The translations under genes and the position numbers were made by a program. From Eledone cirrhosa (lineage: Eukaryota), in the NCBI GenBank assembly GCA_964016885.1, contig OZ024740.1, forward strand, positions 414,656,001 to 414,720,000: 64,000 bases of DNA. The letters are read 5' to 3'. The notes beneath the pieces were generated by a model that made no database searches, was not told the origin of the DNA, and saw nothing but the letters and a program-made list of their open reading frames with translations. The stretch's first letter is position 1. Each line of letters starts with the position of its first letter. Positions 40,441 to 53,665 of the stretch are shown piece after piece.

Positions 40441-40945
40441 ATGAGAGCCACATTGTTGTCTTCTTACTATTTTCCCATGAGACATGATGTGATAGCTAGA
40501 ACAATCTTGAATGCAATACAGAAGATGAAAACGAGAACAAATATGGATGAATATATCAAGACTGATGCTTCAAAGGAATATTGGTGGAACCTAAAAATAA
40601 AAGACATCACTAAATTAAAACACAACTTGCCTAATATTGTTGTTTGGGACCCACACATTAAAAACATGCTCTATTGTAGAAGTCAGCTACTAGCCCAATG
40701 TCAATGTAGTAAACATCATAAAAGATAAGCCCGATATGTATGGATCATGGATGAGGAGATTGCAGACCTATTACTTAAAATACACGTTCAGTTTTATACC
40801 TATTATTATTGGAGCTATAGGACATATACCAACCTTCCTGGACCAAAATATCACAGAATTAGCATTCTTGGAGAACAATGTAACTTCTTAATTCATAAGC
40901 TACAAATGGTCATATGTGGAACCTTCAAAATTTGAAAAACATTAA
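40441..40945 (+). pseudogene. Decayed restriction-like endonuclease (RLE) domain of an R4/Dong/NeSL-type LINE
   Basis: YFPMRHDVIA, YWWNLKI, HNLPNIVVWD (decayed PD), followed in other frames by IVEVS and IIIGAIG motifs. Confidence 0.65.
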
Positions 40946-41094
40946 GATTCAAAGAATGACCAATTGCACCCATCTAGCATGGAAACTGGACATTAAAGGA
41001 TGATGAGGATATGATCCACGAAGGCGGCCAGTCAAAACTAAACTTAAAATTACAGGAAAGAGACATACATATATATATATAGTCTTTTTTGTCT

Positions 41095-41458
41095 TTTGTG
41101 ACCTCTGGCATCACGCAGTAATACAGAAGACCCGACTTCCCACAGGTACAAGCCAACGCTGAAGCATATAGACAACATTCCCCTCCACCCCCACTTCAAA
41201 GTGGTCGTGGAGGTGCCACAGCAAAAAAGCACCCATCCCACACTGTAAAGTGGACATGTAGGCACCACGGAAAAAAAGCACCCAGCACTCACTGTAAATG
41301 AGGTTGGTGTTAGGAAGGGCATCCAGCTGTAGAAATGAAGCCAAAATCTGTTCCCCTATGAGCAAGACAAGGTCAGCCGACTGGACACTGCCCACAGCAG
41401 GACAACCGGTCTAGCCCATGCTAGTGTGGAAGAACGGACGTAAAACGGTGATGATGAT
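41095..41458 (+). mobile_element. RTE family A 3' UTR fragment
   Basis: Matches 17965-18319. Confidence 0.85.
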
Positions 41459-41459
41459 A

Positions 41460-41752
41460 AGCCCCCTTTCAGTCAAGAATGACCATAGGTTTACAGCTAG
41501 AAAGTTCCTCTCAGAGGCACAAGGTGTTTTTGTAGAAGTCTAGCATTCACCCTTCCCCATGCCACCAATGTTGTTCAAGGGAAACGGAAAGGCTGATACA
41601 GCTTTGTCACTAGTGATGTTGCAACTCATTTGTTCCAGCTCAATGGACTGGAGCAACATGAAAGAACAGAACACACCACTTGGACTGGGAATTGAACTCG
41701 GAACCTCATGATTGTGAGCCCAATGCTCTAACCACTAAACCATGTGTTTTCA
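41460..41752 (-). mobile_element. tRNA-headed SINE with a different 3' tail, decayed
   Basis: Minus strand head catggtttagtggttagagcattgggctcacaatcatgaggttccgagttcaattccc. Confidence 0.65.
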
Positions 41753-42039
41753 CAAATAAACAACCAAGATGAAGAAATTTAATACACACACACACAGATA
41801 AAGAGAAAGAGAAAAAGAAAAAGAAAGAGTGAAAACATTGGAGAGTGGTCCACTAAGTTTTGCAAGAGCTTATCTGATAACAAATAAATAAACAGGTTCT
41901 ACTCTTAATTCTCTAGATGAATGGATAATAGTAGTTAGGGCAGGCATCCAGTTGAAAAACAATTACAAAACATTTTATCTGGAGCTCTACCAATTCTGCT
42001 ATAATGATAATAATAATGATAATAATAATTATAATTTAC

Positions 42040-42190
42040 ACAGCACAAGATCAGAAACTTTGTGGAAGGGAACAGCCAATTAAATTGACCTCACTACTTG
42101 ACTGGTACTACATTTTATCGAACCTGAAAGGATAAAATGCAAAATTGACTTTGGTGAGATTTGAACCCAGAATATAAAGGAACATAGCAT
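42040..42190 (-). mobile_element. Diverged Nin-like SINE
   Basis: ctggtactacattttatcgaacctgaaaggataaaatgcaaaattgac. Confidence 0.55.
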
Positions 42191-42470
42191 TTTGTGGTGT
42201 AATTAAGGCCTCATCAGTGATGTGTAGACTTCACTGAAAGATGCTGGAGTTATCCCCCATATTTGCTGATCCTAGAATAATATTAGGTATTGACAAATAG
42301 TTGTATTTTTGTTCTTCACTGTGTACATTTCATGCTACATCACAACCTACAGATTCCTTCATTCATGATAATAGTGAATATATGGACACATTTTACTGTC
42401 AATTACTGGACAGTAATGATGAAGAGATGGGAGAAGGTGGTGGTGGAGGAAGAGAGGGTGAGAAAGAGAC

Positions 42471-42693
42471 CAAGAAGAAGAAGAAGAAAAAGAAGAACAA
42501 AAAGAAGAACAAAAAAAAGAAGAACAAAAAGAAGAACAAAAAGAAGAAGAAGAAGAACAACAACAAAAAGAAGAAGAAGAAGAACAACAACAAAGAAGAA
42601 GAAGAAGAAGAAGAAGAAGAAGAAGAAGAAGAAGAAGAAGAAGAAGAAGAAGAAGAAGAAGAAGAAGAAGAAGAAGAAGAAGAAGAAGAAGAA
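42471..42693. repeat. (GAA)n / (AAC,AAG) purine-rich microsatellite
   Basis: Directly visible. Confidence 0.97.
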
Positions 42694-44426
42694 ATGGAAA
42701 TAAAGCAAAATACAGCAAAATGAAGTAAAGAAAAAAGGAAAAGAACATAGATGGAAGATGGAACTTTCTAGCAGAATGATGAAATATAATACATTTGGCA
42801 TATAAAATACTGACCCAAAATGAAATAATAAAAATGTTTCACTAGCCACATATACACATACACACATGTATGCATACACATACAGACATACACATACACA
42901 CACATAATAATAGTGCAATTTACAAAAACATTTTGTGGAATATTCAGCTGAGTCTGTGATGATTGAGCCAAAATTCAATTTAGCAATACTCCAAACTTCA
43001 AAACCATACTAACAACAGTAGCAATATTAATGCTTTTGAAGATGGCACTGGAGTATTCAAACACTTAGCAACTATCTCATTAAAGTTATGTATTAAATAA
43101 AGTTCAATGTATTTTCATTTGGATGCTGTTGATTCTGCTGCTGTTGTTCTTGTTTTTGCTCTAGTTATCACTCATTTAAAACAATATTGACAGATCTCAT
43201 GGCAAGCCACATAAAATAGAGATGTCCAATCAGCTGAGTCCACAAAGCAGTTTAGATTTTGTTTGAAGCTATTTCACTTGACAAACAAGATCTTTAATTT
43301 ACTTTCAAAAAAAGAGCATAAATGTAAAAACTCATTTAAATAACATCACCATGTGTATCAGGATGTTTTCTAATGAATAGACCATATCACTGCAAGCCAT
43401 TAGAAACAAATAAAAGAGTTGGCTTCAGGAAGGGCATCCAGCCATAAAACATTGTCATAAGACGTCCCATCCAACCAATGCCACAATAGAAGAAAGGTGT
43501 AAAAATGATTATGATGATAACAATGATTTTCACAGCCTCAGTTAAGTATTGTCATCAACTGTTCCATCCTAACTACAGGCACAACAGAGCATATTATTGT
43601 TGCTTATCTTTAGGTCATCTTTAATTGAGTGGATATATGATCAAAGGGGTTCAAGTCATTTTAGGATAAATATCCCAGAGACATGTCTTCTTCCCTTTTT
43701 AAAAATGCAGAACATAATTTAAAAGCAATTTAGCTGCTAGAAGCACACAACAAAGTATTATTATCAGGGAAGGAAGAAATAGTAAAGAGTGGAACTAGTA
43801 GAAGTCAAACTTTTGTCCAGAACATAATTTCACATGTCAGTACTTTAAGTTTATAATCTGTTGGGATTGGGCTTCAATGTGTGTGTTTTTTATCCTCTCA
43901 GTATTATAAAAAATATGTAGTTGATAGACATATCTTACTGTCAATTCAACCAACTATATTTTTCTTGCAAATTTGTGGCATTGCGCCAATGTGAAAAATC
44001 TTCATAAATATTTTAATTTATGGACAAATGTCCATAAAATGAGATACTTGCCTACTTCACATACTCTCTGATAATTGTCAGCAAAACCTCAAACCATTTC
44101 ATCTTTCAGGGATGTAGTAGGCAAAACCACAACGCCTTTTATGTTTAACAAGATTTTTACCAATAATAATAATTCTTTTATTTTACTGATTTTTCTTGTT
44201 TTTCTGCCAATATACAGTAGAATGACTGAGATCAATGGGGCAGCAGAATGGCAGACAGAGTATTTTATTATTATATCTAGTTCAATACCTGACTATTCTA
44301 GATTTGAAACCTTCAGATTGAGTCTCCCTTTCATCGTGTTGTTATTCATAAATAAGATGTAGGGCTTGATACAATAGAAGAGCCCACACAGCCTTGGGTG
44401 CAGTCAAACATAATCAATTAAATTAA

Positions 44427-44733
44427 CCCTTTAGCATTTAAACCAGCCGTATCCGGCCAGAATTCTCTCTCCTCTTTCTGTTTAAACCAGCTGTAACCAG
44501 CTGTTCATACTGTCATTAAGGTATTGTTCTCAAATTAAATAATATCAAAATCTCATAGATTCGATATTATGTGAGATAATTATGTAAGGTAAAGCCTTTA
44601 CTTTATAATAGTAAATATAGAATAATTATGTAAGGTAAAGCCTTTACTGTATAATAGTAAATATAGAATAATTATGTGAGGTAAAGCCTTTACCGTATAA
44701 TAGTAAATATAGAATAATGTAAATGCTAAAGGG
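44427..44733 (+). mobile_element. piggyBac-type MITE with TTAA TSD and 14-bp TIRs (ccctttagcattta); internal ~47-bp unit triplicated
   Basis: ttaa at 44423-44426 and 44734-44737; perfect TIRs. Confidence 0.9.
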
Positions 44734-46574
44734 TTAAATATTTAATAAACTGGACAACATGTTTTAAACAATATGTTGTAGTCTGATATGAAATAAGAGA
44801 GATGAACAAAATGTTTTTTACTATTTAGTTAGTTTTACTTTCTAAGCTCAAATCCTACTGAAGCCAACATACGGGCTCTTAGATTTCTTTTTCTTTTCAT
44901 GTTGTATGATTTAGTTGAGAGAGAGACCAAGAGAGTAAGAGAGAATAAGACCCAAAGGGTCTGTTCTGTGTAAGCAATGGACTATATGCTCACTCTTAGA
45001 ATTAAATGCTCTAACTGACCAGAGAGCAGGCTATTTTATGAATGTTGTTTCCCTTATCTCCCGGACTTGAGAAGAAACAGGTGACCCTCAGATATTGGCG
45101 ATTCAAAAAGCCGTTCACAATGTGAACTTAACTATGAGGCCACAGAGGTTAGCTTCTATCGTGGCTGATTTGTCAGAATAAGATAATGCAAAAGGAACTC
45201 TATTGGAAAGAGTATCAAATTGATGCTACAACTCATCATTATTAACTGAAGCGATGTAACTAATTTTCTTGTATGATGAAACTCTTGTTTAAAACAGCAA
45301 AACAATGAAACAAACATATAGCCATTGACTTTCAATGAGAACCAATCATTAGGAAAATGTAAGACTGATATTGTTATCAGCCAAATTTGGCAAAAGTCAA
45401 ACACAAATTCAATAGCCAATCATTGTTAGAACTGAAATACTGTTGGTGTTTAACAAGTTTAGATAGAATGGAAATGATCACAGATAGTATAATGGCTCAC
45501 TGCACCAAAAACCTTAATATTTAATTCATTTCTGTATTACATTCCCAATAAAATTACCTTCTCAAGCCAAACAGAGCTTTAACAACAAAATACCTGTTAG
45601 TTTCAGTGCAATACAGTTTGCTTATCAAGTGCTATCTTTATGTATTCCCATATAAAAACATTAGACATGAAATACCTTTATTTTTATTTATTGTTTACAT
45701 AACAAAGAATAAATGGAAAGTTCAGAAATTCATGATTTTATCAAACATATCAGTGATTTTAATAAACATATTTCCATTAGTACTGATGATACTATCCCTC
45801 ACTGAGTGGTTTTTAATTGAACACATCCATCAGTTATTCTGCTTTCAAGGAAGGCCATATATTGCATACATTCAAGTATTACAGTTTAAGGCTATTGGAC
45901 AGGAACAGGAATATGAGGCATGTGTATAGTACATATATATTTCAATCAGCCTGATATACTATACTTGGTTAAATTTTTGAATGAATCCAATTTGCCATAA
46001 ACTGCCTTACTATTTTAGCAAATAAAAAATCAAAGTCAAAGAAATAGAATCTGGTCTGTGTCAGAAAATTATTTCCTAAAGTTCATGTATTAAGATAAGT
46101 TTGTATTCCATGAGTAGAAACATTACTAAACTTTTAAACCAAGTCCATTATCTGAGAAAGAAAACTATTTTTTCTCTCTCGGATAAAAAGATTGCCTTGA
46201 AACATCAATATTCTCTTCTTCCCAAAATATATAAACTTATCTAAATTTATTAATTATATTATTTTTATGTCCGCACATAACTCCCTGACTTTACACAAGT
46301 ATGTTTTGAGTTCAGGCGTTTGTAAACTATGTCTTTAAGTATTTCACAAGTTTTTTTGTGAACCACAGATTGACTAATGGTACCATTGGATCATAGTTAC
46401 ATTTAGCATAACACTGAATAACTCTGACCCATGAGTATTTCTTAGCTTTGAAGGTTCTGTTAATGACATAAAAAATGTGCTGCTGTTTTTTTTATTTTCA
46501 GTCAAAGAAGGATTTTGGTGAACTGAGCTTTGTAAGCTCAGCTCACTAAGCTGCAACAGGTGAACATCATGTAA

Positions 46575-46759
46575 CTGTTTCTACTTTTGGCACAAGGCCA
46601 GCAATTACCCAGTGTATTACTGGTACTTTATTTTATCAACCCCGTAAGGATGAAAGGCAAAGTTAACCTCGGCGGGATTTGAACGCAGAATGGCAAGGGC
46701 CATAACTCTATGTGTCAAAGCATGGCATCCGACCCTCTACTGATACTACCAATCCACCA
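46575..46759 (-). mobile_element. Nin-like SINE
   Basis: Family match; catgtaac direct repeat flanks. Confidence 0.85.
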
Positions 46760-46954
46760 TGTAACATCAATGAATCAGAGGAAAAAAAAAAAAATGCCTT
46801 ATCTACTTCACACAGTGAAATGAAAATTAAACACTACCCATGAAAATCTGATCAAGGAACAAAAGATATTTAATTTTACACAGACAACCTGCAATATACT
46901 TGTGTACTATGCAGGAAAAGATGTGTCAGTGATAAACCTCCAACACATTATATT

Positions 46955-47141
46955 GTGGATTGGCAGTATAGGTAGAGGGTCGGACGCCATGCTTTGGAGC
47001 ATAGAGTTACGGCCCTTTGTGGTCTGATTTCAAATCCCGCCGAGGTTAACTTTGCCTTTCATCCTTACAAGGTCGATAAAATAAAGTACCAGTAATACAC
47101 TGGGATAATTGCTGGCCTTGTGCCAAAAGTAGAAACAATTA
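46955..47141 (+). mobile_element. Nin-like SINE
   Basis: Family match; attatattg direct repeat flanks. Confidence 0.85.
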
Positions 47142-47189
47142 TATTGCCTCCTTTTTACAGTAGTGGATAAAGAGCAAAATAATTGTTAA

Positions 47190-47417
47190 CCCTTTTGATA
47201 AAACTTGTTCCCAAATGACTTCTGGTTCTACCAAACAAAACCATCCATTTCAAAGATTTCCTATTTAAATTAAAATCTTCTATAATTTGATGTAAGAACC
47301 TTTTATTGAATTATATACAAATACCATCTTAATAATGAAATAATTAAGTATTTTAATAAATCCCTCTTAATTAATTCAAATATAGCATACTTCATTAGAA
47401 ATATAGTAATGAAAGGG
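47190..47417. mobile_element. Second TTAA-flanked MITE family, decayed
   Basis: ttaa-ccctttt...gaaaggg-ttaa. Confidence 0.55.
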
Positions 47418-49212
47418 TTAAATAATCTCAGAGTAAGACAGAATCCGAAAGGAGAATGGAAGTAAGCGAGAAAGATAAAGAAAAGCTTAAAGTTGTAGGT
47501 GTAAGTGCTATTGACCGCACAATCTACACCTAAATCATCATTATATGTCCACTTTCCATGCTGGCATGGGTTGGAAATGTGTAAAATAAACTAGAGAAAA
47601 ATAGAAAAACAATAATGAAATGCAAAAAGAAAGGCAATGAAAAATCCATTAGAATCAGTAAAAAGTAAAGACATTTCGAAATAAACATTCTAGAGATAAG
47701 ATATTGTTGATTCTTCCTGTGTAATTTGAATAAAATTAAGCTCATTGGTTAGATACTATAAATTACAAAGTTAGAGATTTAATTATCTCTCTGTCTCATA
47801 TAGAAAAGTACATGAGAACTATAAGTGTTACATGACGAAATTACCTGAGAAATACAGATTACTAAATCAGAAGATTTTTAGATAAATATAAACAGTTTCT
47901 CACTGTTTCCTGGAAAATAATGTGTCTATGTGATATTTCTGATAAAATAAATTGATGCAAAATTACTGTCCTTAATGTCTGAGGAAAAAGAGGATTTTTC
48001 AAAACTGATGGTAGCTCTGTCAAATCAGAAAATTGGAAAGGAAATGTGTGTGGTAAGTGCAGAGTTCAAGATATGGTGATTAATGCATTGTAGACTATAA
48101 GATAATATGAGAGAGAAGGCAAGTGTAATATTTATTGTGGAGTTTAGAGAAAAATAAAGATTATAAGCTTAATTTCATTAAAGAGGGTGTAGACTGTAAC
48201 TAGAAAATTAGGAAAAGCAGAAGATAAATTAAATATTCAAAATATAAAAAAAAACTAAAACAGTTTAGTACGTCAAAAATTTGTAGCTACTAGCCTTAAT
48301 GAATATTGGAAAATATGCCATATGTATTCTGATTTTTAAAACAGGTTCACTATATCTCGGCATGTTGTAAGAAATGACTAAAAGGCTTGTCTTCAGGAAT
48401 AGCATCCAGTTGTAAAACATTGTCTCTAATATTTCATCTAGCCCATGCCAGCATGGAAATTTGTACACAAAAACGATGATGATGAAGATTGACATGATAA
48501 AATACACCTTGTCTACACTGTAAAGTGGTTGGTGATAAAAAAGATGATACAGCTATAAAAAAGAAAACATGCCAAATGAAGGGATGAATGGAAATGTGAT
48601 CTTCCTGAGCCACAGGACAAGCAATCCATCAGAGAGGGCAGTAAGTTTGAACAGAAACTAATAAAGTGTAATGAGGATTCTTTAGTCCATGGACAAGATC
48701 TCTGGTGCTGGTTGTATGCCCAGTGAATGCTGTAAATCATTGGCAATAGGAAGGCCATCCAGCCATAAAAACGAGACAAAAGAAATATGACAAATACAAT
48801 AATAAAGACACTGCTGTGTACAGGGGGAGGAGGGAAATAGCAACGGAGACGATGACAAAGTGTAATGTGAAAAATAGTGCTAAATACTATGGAAGAAAGC
48901 TGGTTTAAGAAGTCACCAAAGCTGAGAACTATCTAGGGAAGTATGAGATGGTATGGTGAGATAAGACATCTTGCTGGGATCTTATCTGGATCTTACAGAT
49001 TAGATGAGAAAAGATCAAAACAAATGATAATATTCTACATACTAAACCTGTCCAGCATTGGAAAAACATTAAAGTACTGCTGCTGAAGAAGATGATGATG
49101 ATGACAACGTAAACCACATGGACTCATGAAGATGGTGCCAACAATAGTGTTGAAAACAAAATGAGACAAGACAAAATTAAGTATCCTAATTGGAAATATA
49201 ATTAACAGCCTG

Positions 49213-49400
49213 TGGCAGATATAATATAATTGTTTCTACTTTTGGCACAAGGCCAGCAATTACCCAGTGTATTGCAGGTACTTTATTGTGGCAGATATAA
49301 TATAATTGTTTCTACTTTTGGCACAAGGCCAGCAATTACCCAGTACATTACTGGTACTTTATCGACCCTGTAATGAAAGGCAAAGTTAACCTCGGCAGGA
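49213..49400 (-). mobile_element. Truncated Nin-like SINE with tandem duplication of the flank plus SINE 3' end
   Basis: tgtggcagatataatataattgtttctac... occurs twice (49211, 49287). Confidence 0.8.
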
Positions 49401-50138
49401 TATATGACCTTGTTAGCATGAACTCTAACACGTTATCTATGCAGCAAGGCATGGCTTCATTCTAAATATTTAGAATTAGTTTTCTTCTTATTTTTCAACT
49501 ATGACATTTTTTTAAAAATCTATTCTGGACAAAGTGAAATCTAATTTCTTTATTTAGAATATTATCTTTCTATATGAATAGACATCAAAAGAAAGAAACA
49601 AATCAAAGGAAAATATGAAAAGCAAATTTAAAAGCCTAAGTTGATAGGAACAGAATACTTACAGCTATTGTTGTAAATATTCAAAAGTTTAATTTCACAT
49701 TTAGAGAAATAATAGTTATTTAATATCCCTCAGAATGTTTCCAAAACTAAATCCTTTAATCAATACCACAATGCAATATCATAACTCTTCAACTACTTCA
49801 TGCTTAGCTTACACATTGAACATTAATTTAAAGTAAAACCAAACTCAATTCAACAAATGTATTAATAGTTCTCTCACCTTTCCATTGGTGTATTTCTAAT
49901 ATAAATCACTGCCCATAATTTACTATTCATTTTGAAAATAATTTTTTTTTAAATTTGAGGGATTTAGTAATACGACAAACATTCTCATTATTGAGCTTGT
50001 GCTTGGGGCATAACTTAATAAAGGTTTTTATATGAAATTATGATGGGAAAATGGCTTTGTAATCATAGAACCAAGGGTGTTTCAAGACATTTGGTACCTC
50101 AAGGGTTAATATCCCATTGCATTATATGTTAGCACTAA

Positions 50139-50330
50139 ACAGGGGTGGTGGATTGGCAGTTTTGGTAGAGAGTCGGACGACATGCTTTACAGCATAGAGT
50201 TACGGCCTTTTACTTTCTGAGTTCAAATCCCACCAAGGTTAACTTTGCCTTTCATCCTGACGGGGTCGATAAAATAAAGTACCAGTAATGCACTGGGATA
50301 ATTGCTGGCCTTATGCCAAAAGTAGAAACA
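50139..50330 (+). mobile_element. Nin-like SINE with 18-bp TSD
   Basis: attatatgttagcactaa at 50121-50138 and 50331-50348. Confidence 0.92.
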
Positions 50331-50843
50331 ATTATATGTTAGCACTAATTTACCTATTGCTTTTAATGTAGGTGACATCTAAATTATTTCATTTTTAACC
50401 AATTCAACAAACATTGAAATGTTGTAAAACTTCCTAAATAAGCCATAAACTATTGGCCATAAACTTTGCTATTTACAAACATGGAACTATGCTTTTAGAC
50501 AAGATACTTTACTCTGCAAGTCTATTAGCATAACTGAAAACAAGTGCTTATTAGATATAGGAGAAAACATAAAAGGTACTTATATAAGAGTATGTATGTA
50601 TATATATATATATATATATTCAAAATTACGGAACCCTCCCACCCATAATAACACAAAAACGAAATAGATATAAAAACAGATAAAAACAAGAATTTATTTT
50701 GCACTGTTTACATCAACACAAATGACCATAATAATAGATTACTCTAAATAATATTTGAAAAAAAAATTGAGTAAAAAGCTCCTGGAGGTGAAAAAGTGGA
50801 CAGGATTACAGAGCCCCTAAAACGCCCAAGTATTATATATGTA

Positions 50844-51046
50844 TTTAGCATTTACATTACTCTATATATACTATTGTATTTTCACTGTAAAGGCTTTATC
50901 TCACATAAAATCGAATCTACAAGATTTTGGTATTATTTATTTTGAGATCAATACCTTAACATAAGTACAAGTGGCCGGTTATGGCTGGTTTGAACAGAAA
51001 GAGGAGAGAGAATTCTGGCCGGATACAGCCAGTTTGAATGCTAAAG
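50844..51046 (-). mobile_element. piggyBac-type MITE copy (same family as 44427), inverted, TIR tips eroded
   Basis: tttagcattta...gagagaattctggccggatac...aatgctaaag. Confidence 0.75.
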
Positions 51047-52054
51047 CCTGTAGCTAGAAGTGTAAACAAAGTAGTTGACTTAGGAAGCATTGGGAAAATT
51101 TGAAATATGTGCATTCCAATGCAAATGACCATAAAAATAGTCAATCACTATAAATAATAGTTGAGAAAATCAGGTAAAGTTTCCTTTGAAAAGGAAGAAG
51201 GTGGTACAGAGAGAAGGTACTGGAATGTAATCAAACATTCACAGCTCTCTGCCAGTTGAGTAGTGGTTGATGAAAACTCCACTTCTATAGGGAGCAATTA
51301 CTGACTTGTGAAGTTATGTCAAACAATTGCTATCACATATAGGACAGATCTGATTATCAGCTGAGTCCATTGTGAAGATTGCCCTGCTGCCTTCCTTTGA
51401 CCAGGAAGGGCAAGCAGTTTTTATATGTCTGGTGGTCATAGTGAAGCAGTTGTATGGTGGATGAGATTGAAAGAACTAAAAACACATTTTTCTCTTTGAC
51501 CAAGCCCTCGTAGTTTTTTTCAATTTTCACTTGAAAAGGAAGTTGAGAGTGGAGAGGGAAGTGTAGCCTTTCAGTAAATTTGTTGAAAAGTGGATGAAAG
51601 TGACAAGCATTGTCCGTATGAATAGGCTTGCTCTGAACAGACAACTAGGAGAAGGCACTTACCTTAGTGGTCAGAGTGATGATGGCTTTTTGTGGGGGAT
51701 CTTCCACAAGAGGCCCTCAAAAGTCTCCCCCACACCGTCCTATTGAGGAATTTTCTTTCTTTTTATTTTATTGTTACTACTTTTGCTGTTGTTTTTGTTA
51801 TTTTCAATAAAGATACAAAATCCTCACAAAAGACACACATTCAGGTAGCAAGAACCAAACAAGTGTGGTTAGTCAGCATCTCAAATGAATTCACAGTTTA
51901 GATGTGCCCTACATGCAACTGTTATTTCTATGCCAGAATCAGACTTATTAGACCTCTGTAGACACATAAAACTCAATCAATCGCATAGCTAAGGCCATGG
52001 TTATCATTGATTACTAATGGATGAACATACATCATTATTATTACTATATAGGTA

Positions 52055-52798
52055 GGGCAGTGGATTGGCAGTGTCGGTAGAGGGTCGGACGCCATGCTTT
52101 CCAGCATAGTTACGTCCCTTTACGATCTGAGTTCAAATCCCGCCGAGGTTGACTTTGCCTTTCATCCTTACGGGGTCGATAAAATAAAGTACCAGTAATG
52201 CACTGGGTAATTGCTGGCCTTGTGCCTAAAGTAGAAACAATTATTATTACTATATTGGCGGTGGATTGGCAGTATTGGTAGAGGGTCGGACACCATGCTT
52301 TGACACATAGAGTTACAGCCTTTTCCATTCTGAGTTCAAATCCCACCGAGGTTAACTTTGCCTTTCATCCTTATGGGGTCGATGAAATAAAGTACCAGTA
52401 ATGCACTGGGTAATTGCTGGCCTTGTGCCAAAAGTAGAAACAATTATTATTATTATATTAGGCACATGGCTTAGTGGTTAGAGCATTGGCCTTGCAATCG
52501 AAAGGTTGTGAGTTCAATTCTCAGACCGGGTGATGTGTTGTTTCCTTGAGCAAGACACTTTATTTCACATTGCTCCAGTTTACTCAGCTGTAGAAATGAG
52601 ATGATAGGGACTGGGGTCCATATCATTCCACTGCAAAGTGGGCGTGGAGGTGCCACGGCAAAAAAGCACCCACCACTCACTGTAAATGAGGTTGGTGTTA
52701 GGAAGGGCACCCAGCTGTAGAAATCAAGACAGAATCAGTTCCTGTCCCACCCTTGCAAGCAGGGAAAAAGCAGACATAAAATGAAATGAAATGATGAT
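52055..52798 (+). mobile_element. Stack of three SINEs: Nin-like (52055-52250), Nin-like (52257-52455), tRNA-CORE-RTE (52460-52798)
   Basis: Family matches; each begins in the (ATT)n tail of the previous one. Confidence 0.9.
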
Positions 52799-53628
52799 AT
52801 TGGGATGAACTCAATCAACTACAGCCCATCCTTTATGCCTAGGTAAACAAAGTAAAGCCTTTTCTGTTGACAGAAGAAACAGAGAAACACAAAAATATAA
52901 CAGGATTGATTTAGTGCTTTTCTTGTCAGCTTTTTTATCATTATTGTTATTTGACATTCATTAAGTGACATCTGAACTTGAATATATTTACAATCAGACT
53001 GAACAATATAGCCCAAAGTCAGGGTAGAAACAGCAATTATGCAGAATAAATGTTGGTATATGTCTGAGAGGAAACAAACAATTCCATCAGAAAATATAGA
53101 CACCAGAGAAAAGGAATGAAAGGAATGGAAATGGACACAGATTGGAATACAGAGCAGATGACACTCAATATACCTGGCAATTGATATATCTATGGAGGTA
53201 CAAAGAACAAAAAAAACAACAGAGTTTTGTCATGCTAAAATACCATTCATTGATGGAAGCAGGATCCAACAGATGCATTGTGAACACTAGTTTGACATCA
53301 AGAAAAACACTTAAGGCTTGTTGCACAAACCCTGTTCAGATAATATTAAATCAACAGACACAAGACCAAACCTTCTTCCTCTGTCCACCTTCCCTTATTC
53401 AACTACTGCTGACATATACTATTTCACTGACTATCCATTTTCAGAACAATACATTATTTACAAGTAATCAATAACTTCAGTGAAACATAAAACCAGCATT
53501 TTGCAAACAAACCCATTTTATATACACACACACACGTGTAGGTTTCTGAGTTGTGTCAGAGGTGGGTAACTAGAGTTAAAAAAGGTACTCAATATGTTGG
53601 TAGAGTTTACGCAACTTTATTATATATA

Positions 53629-53662
<34 letters not shown>

Positions 53663-53665
<3 letters not shown>

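Noticed and set aside
42290-42978. Poly-K/E/F/L ORFs
   Set aside because: Translation of a (GAA)n microsatellite
51180-51740. GC-richer stretch resembling an exon or old LINE
   Set aside because: No sustained ORF or recognisable motif; cannot be assigned without a search
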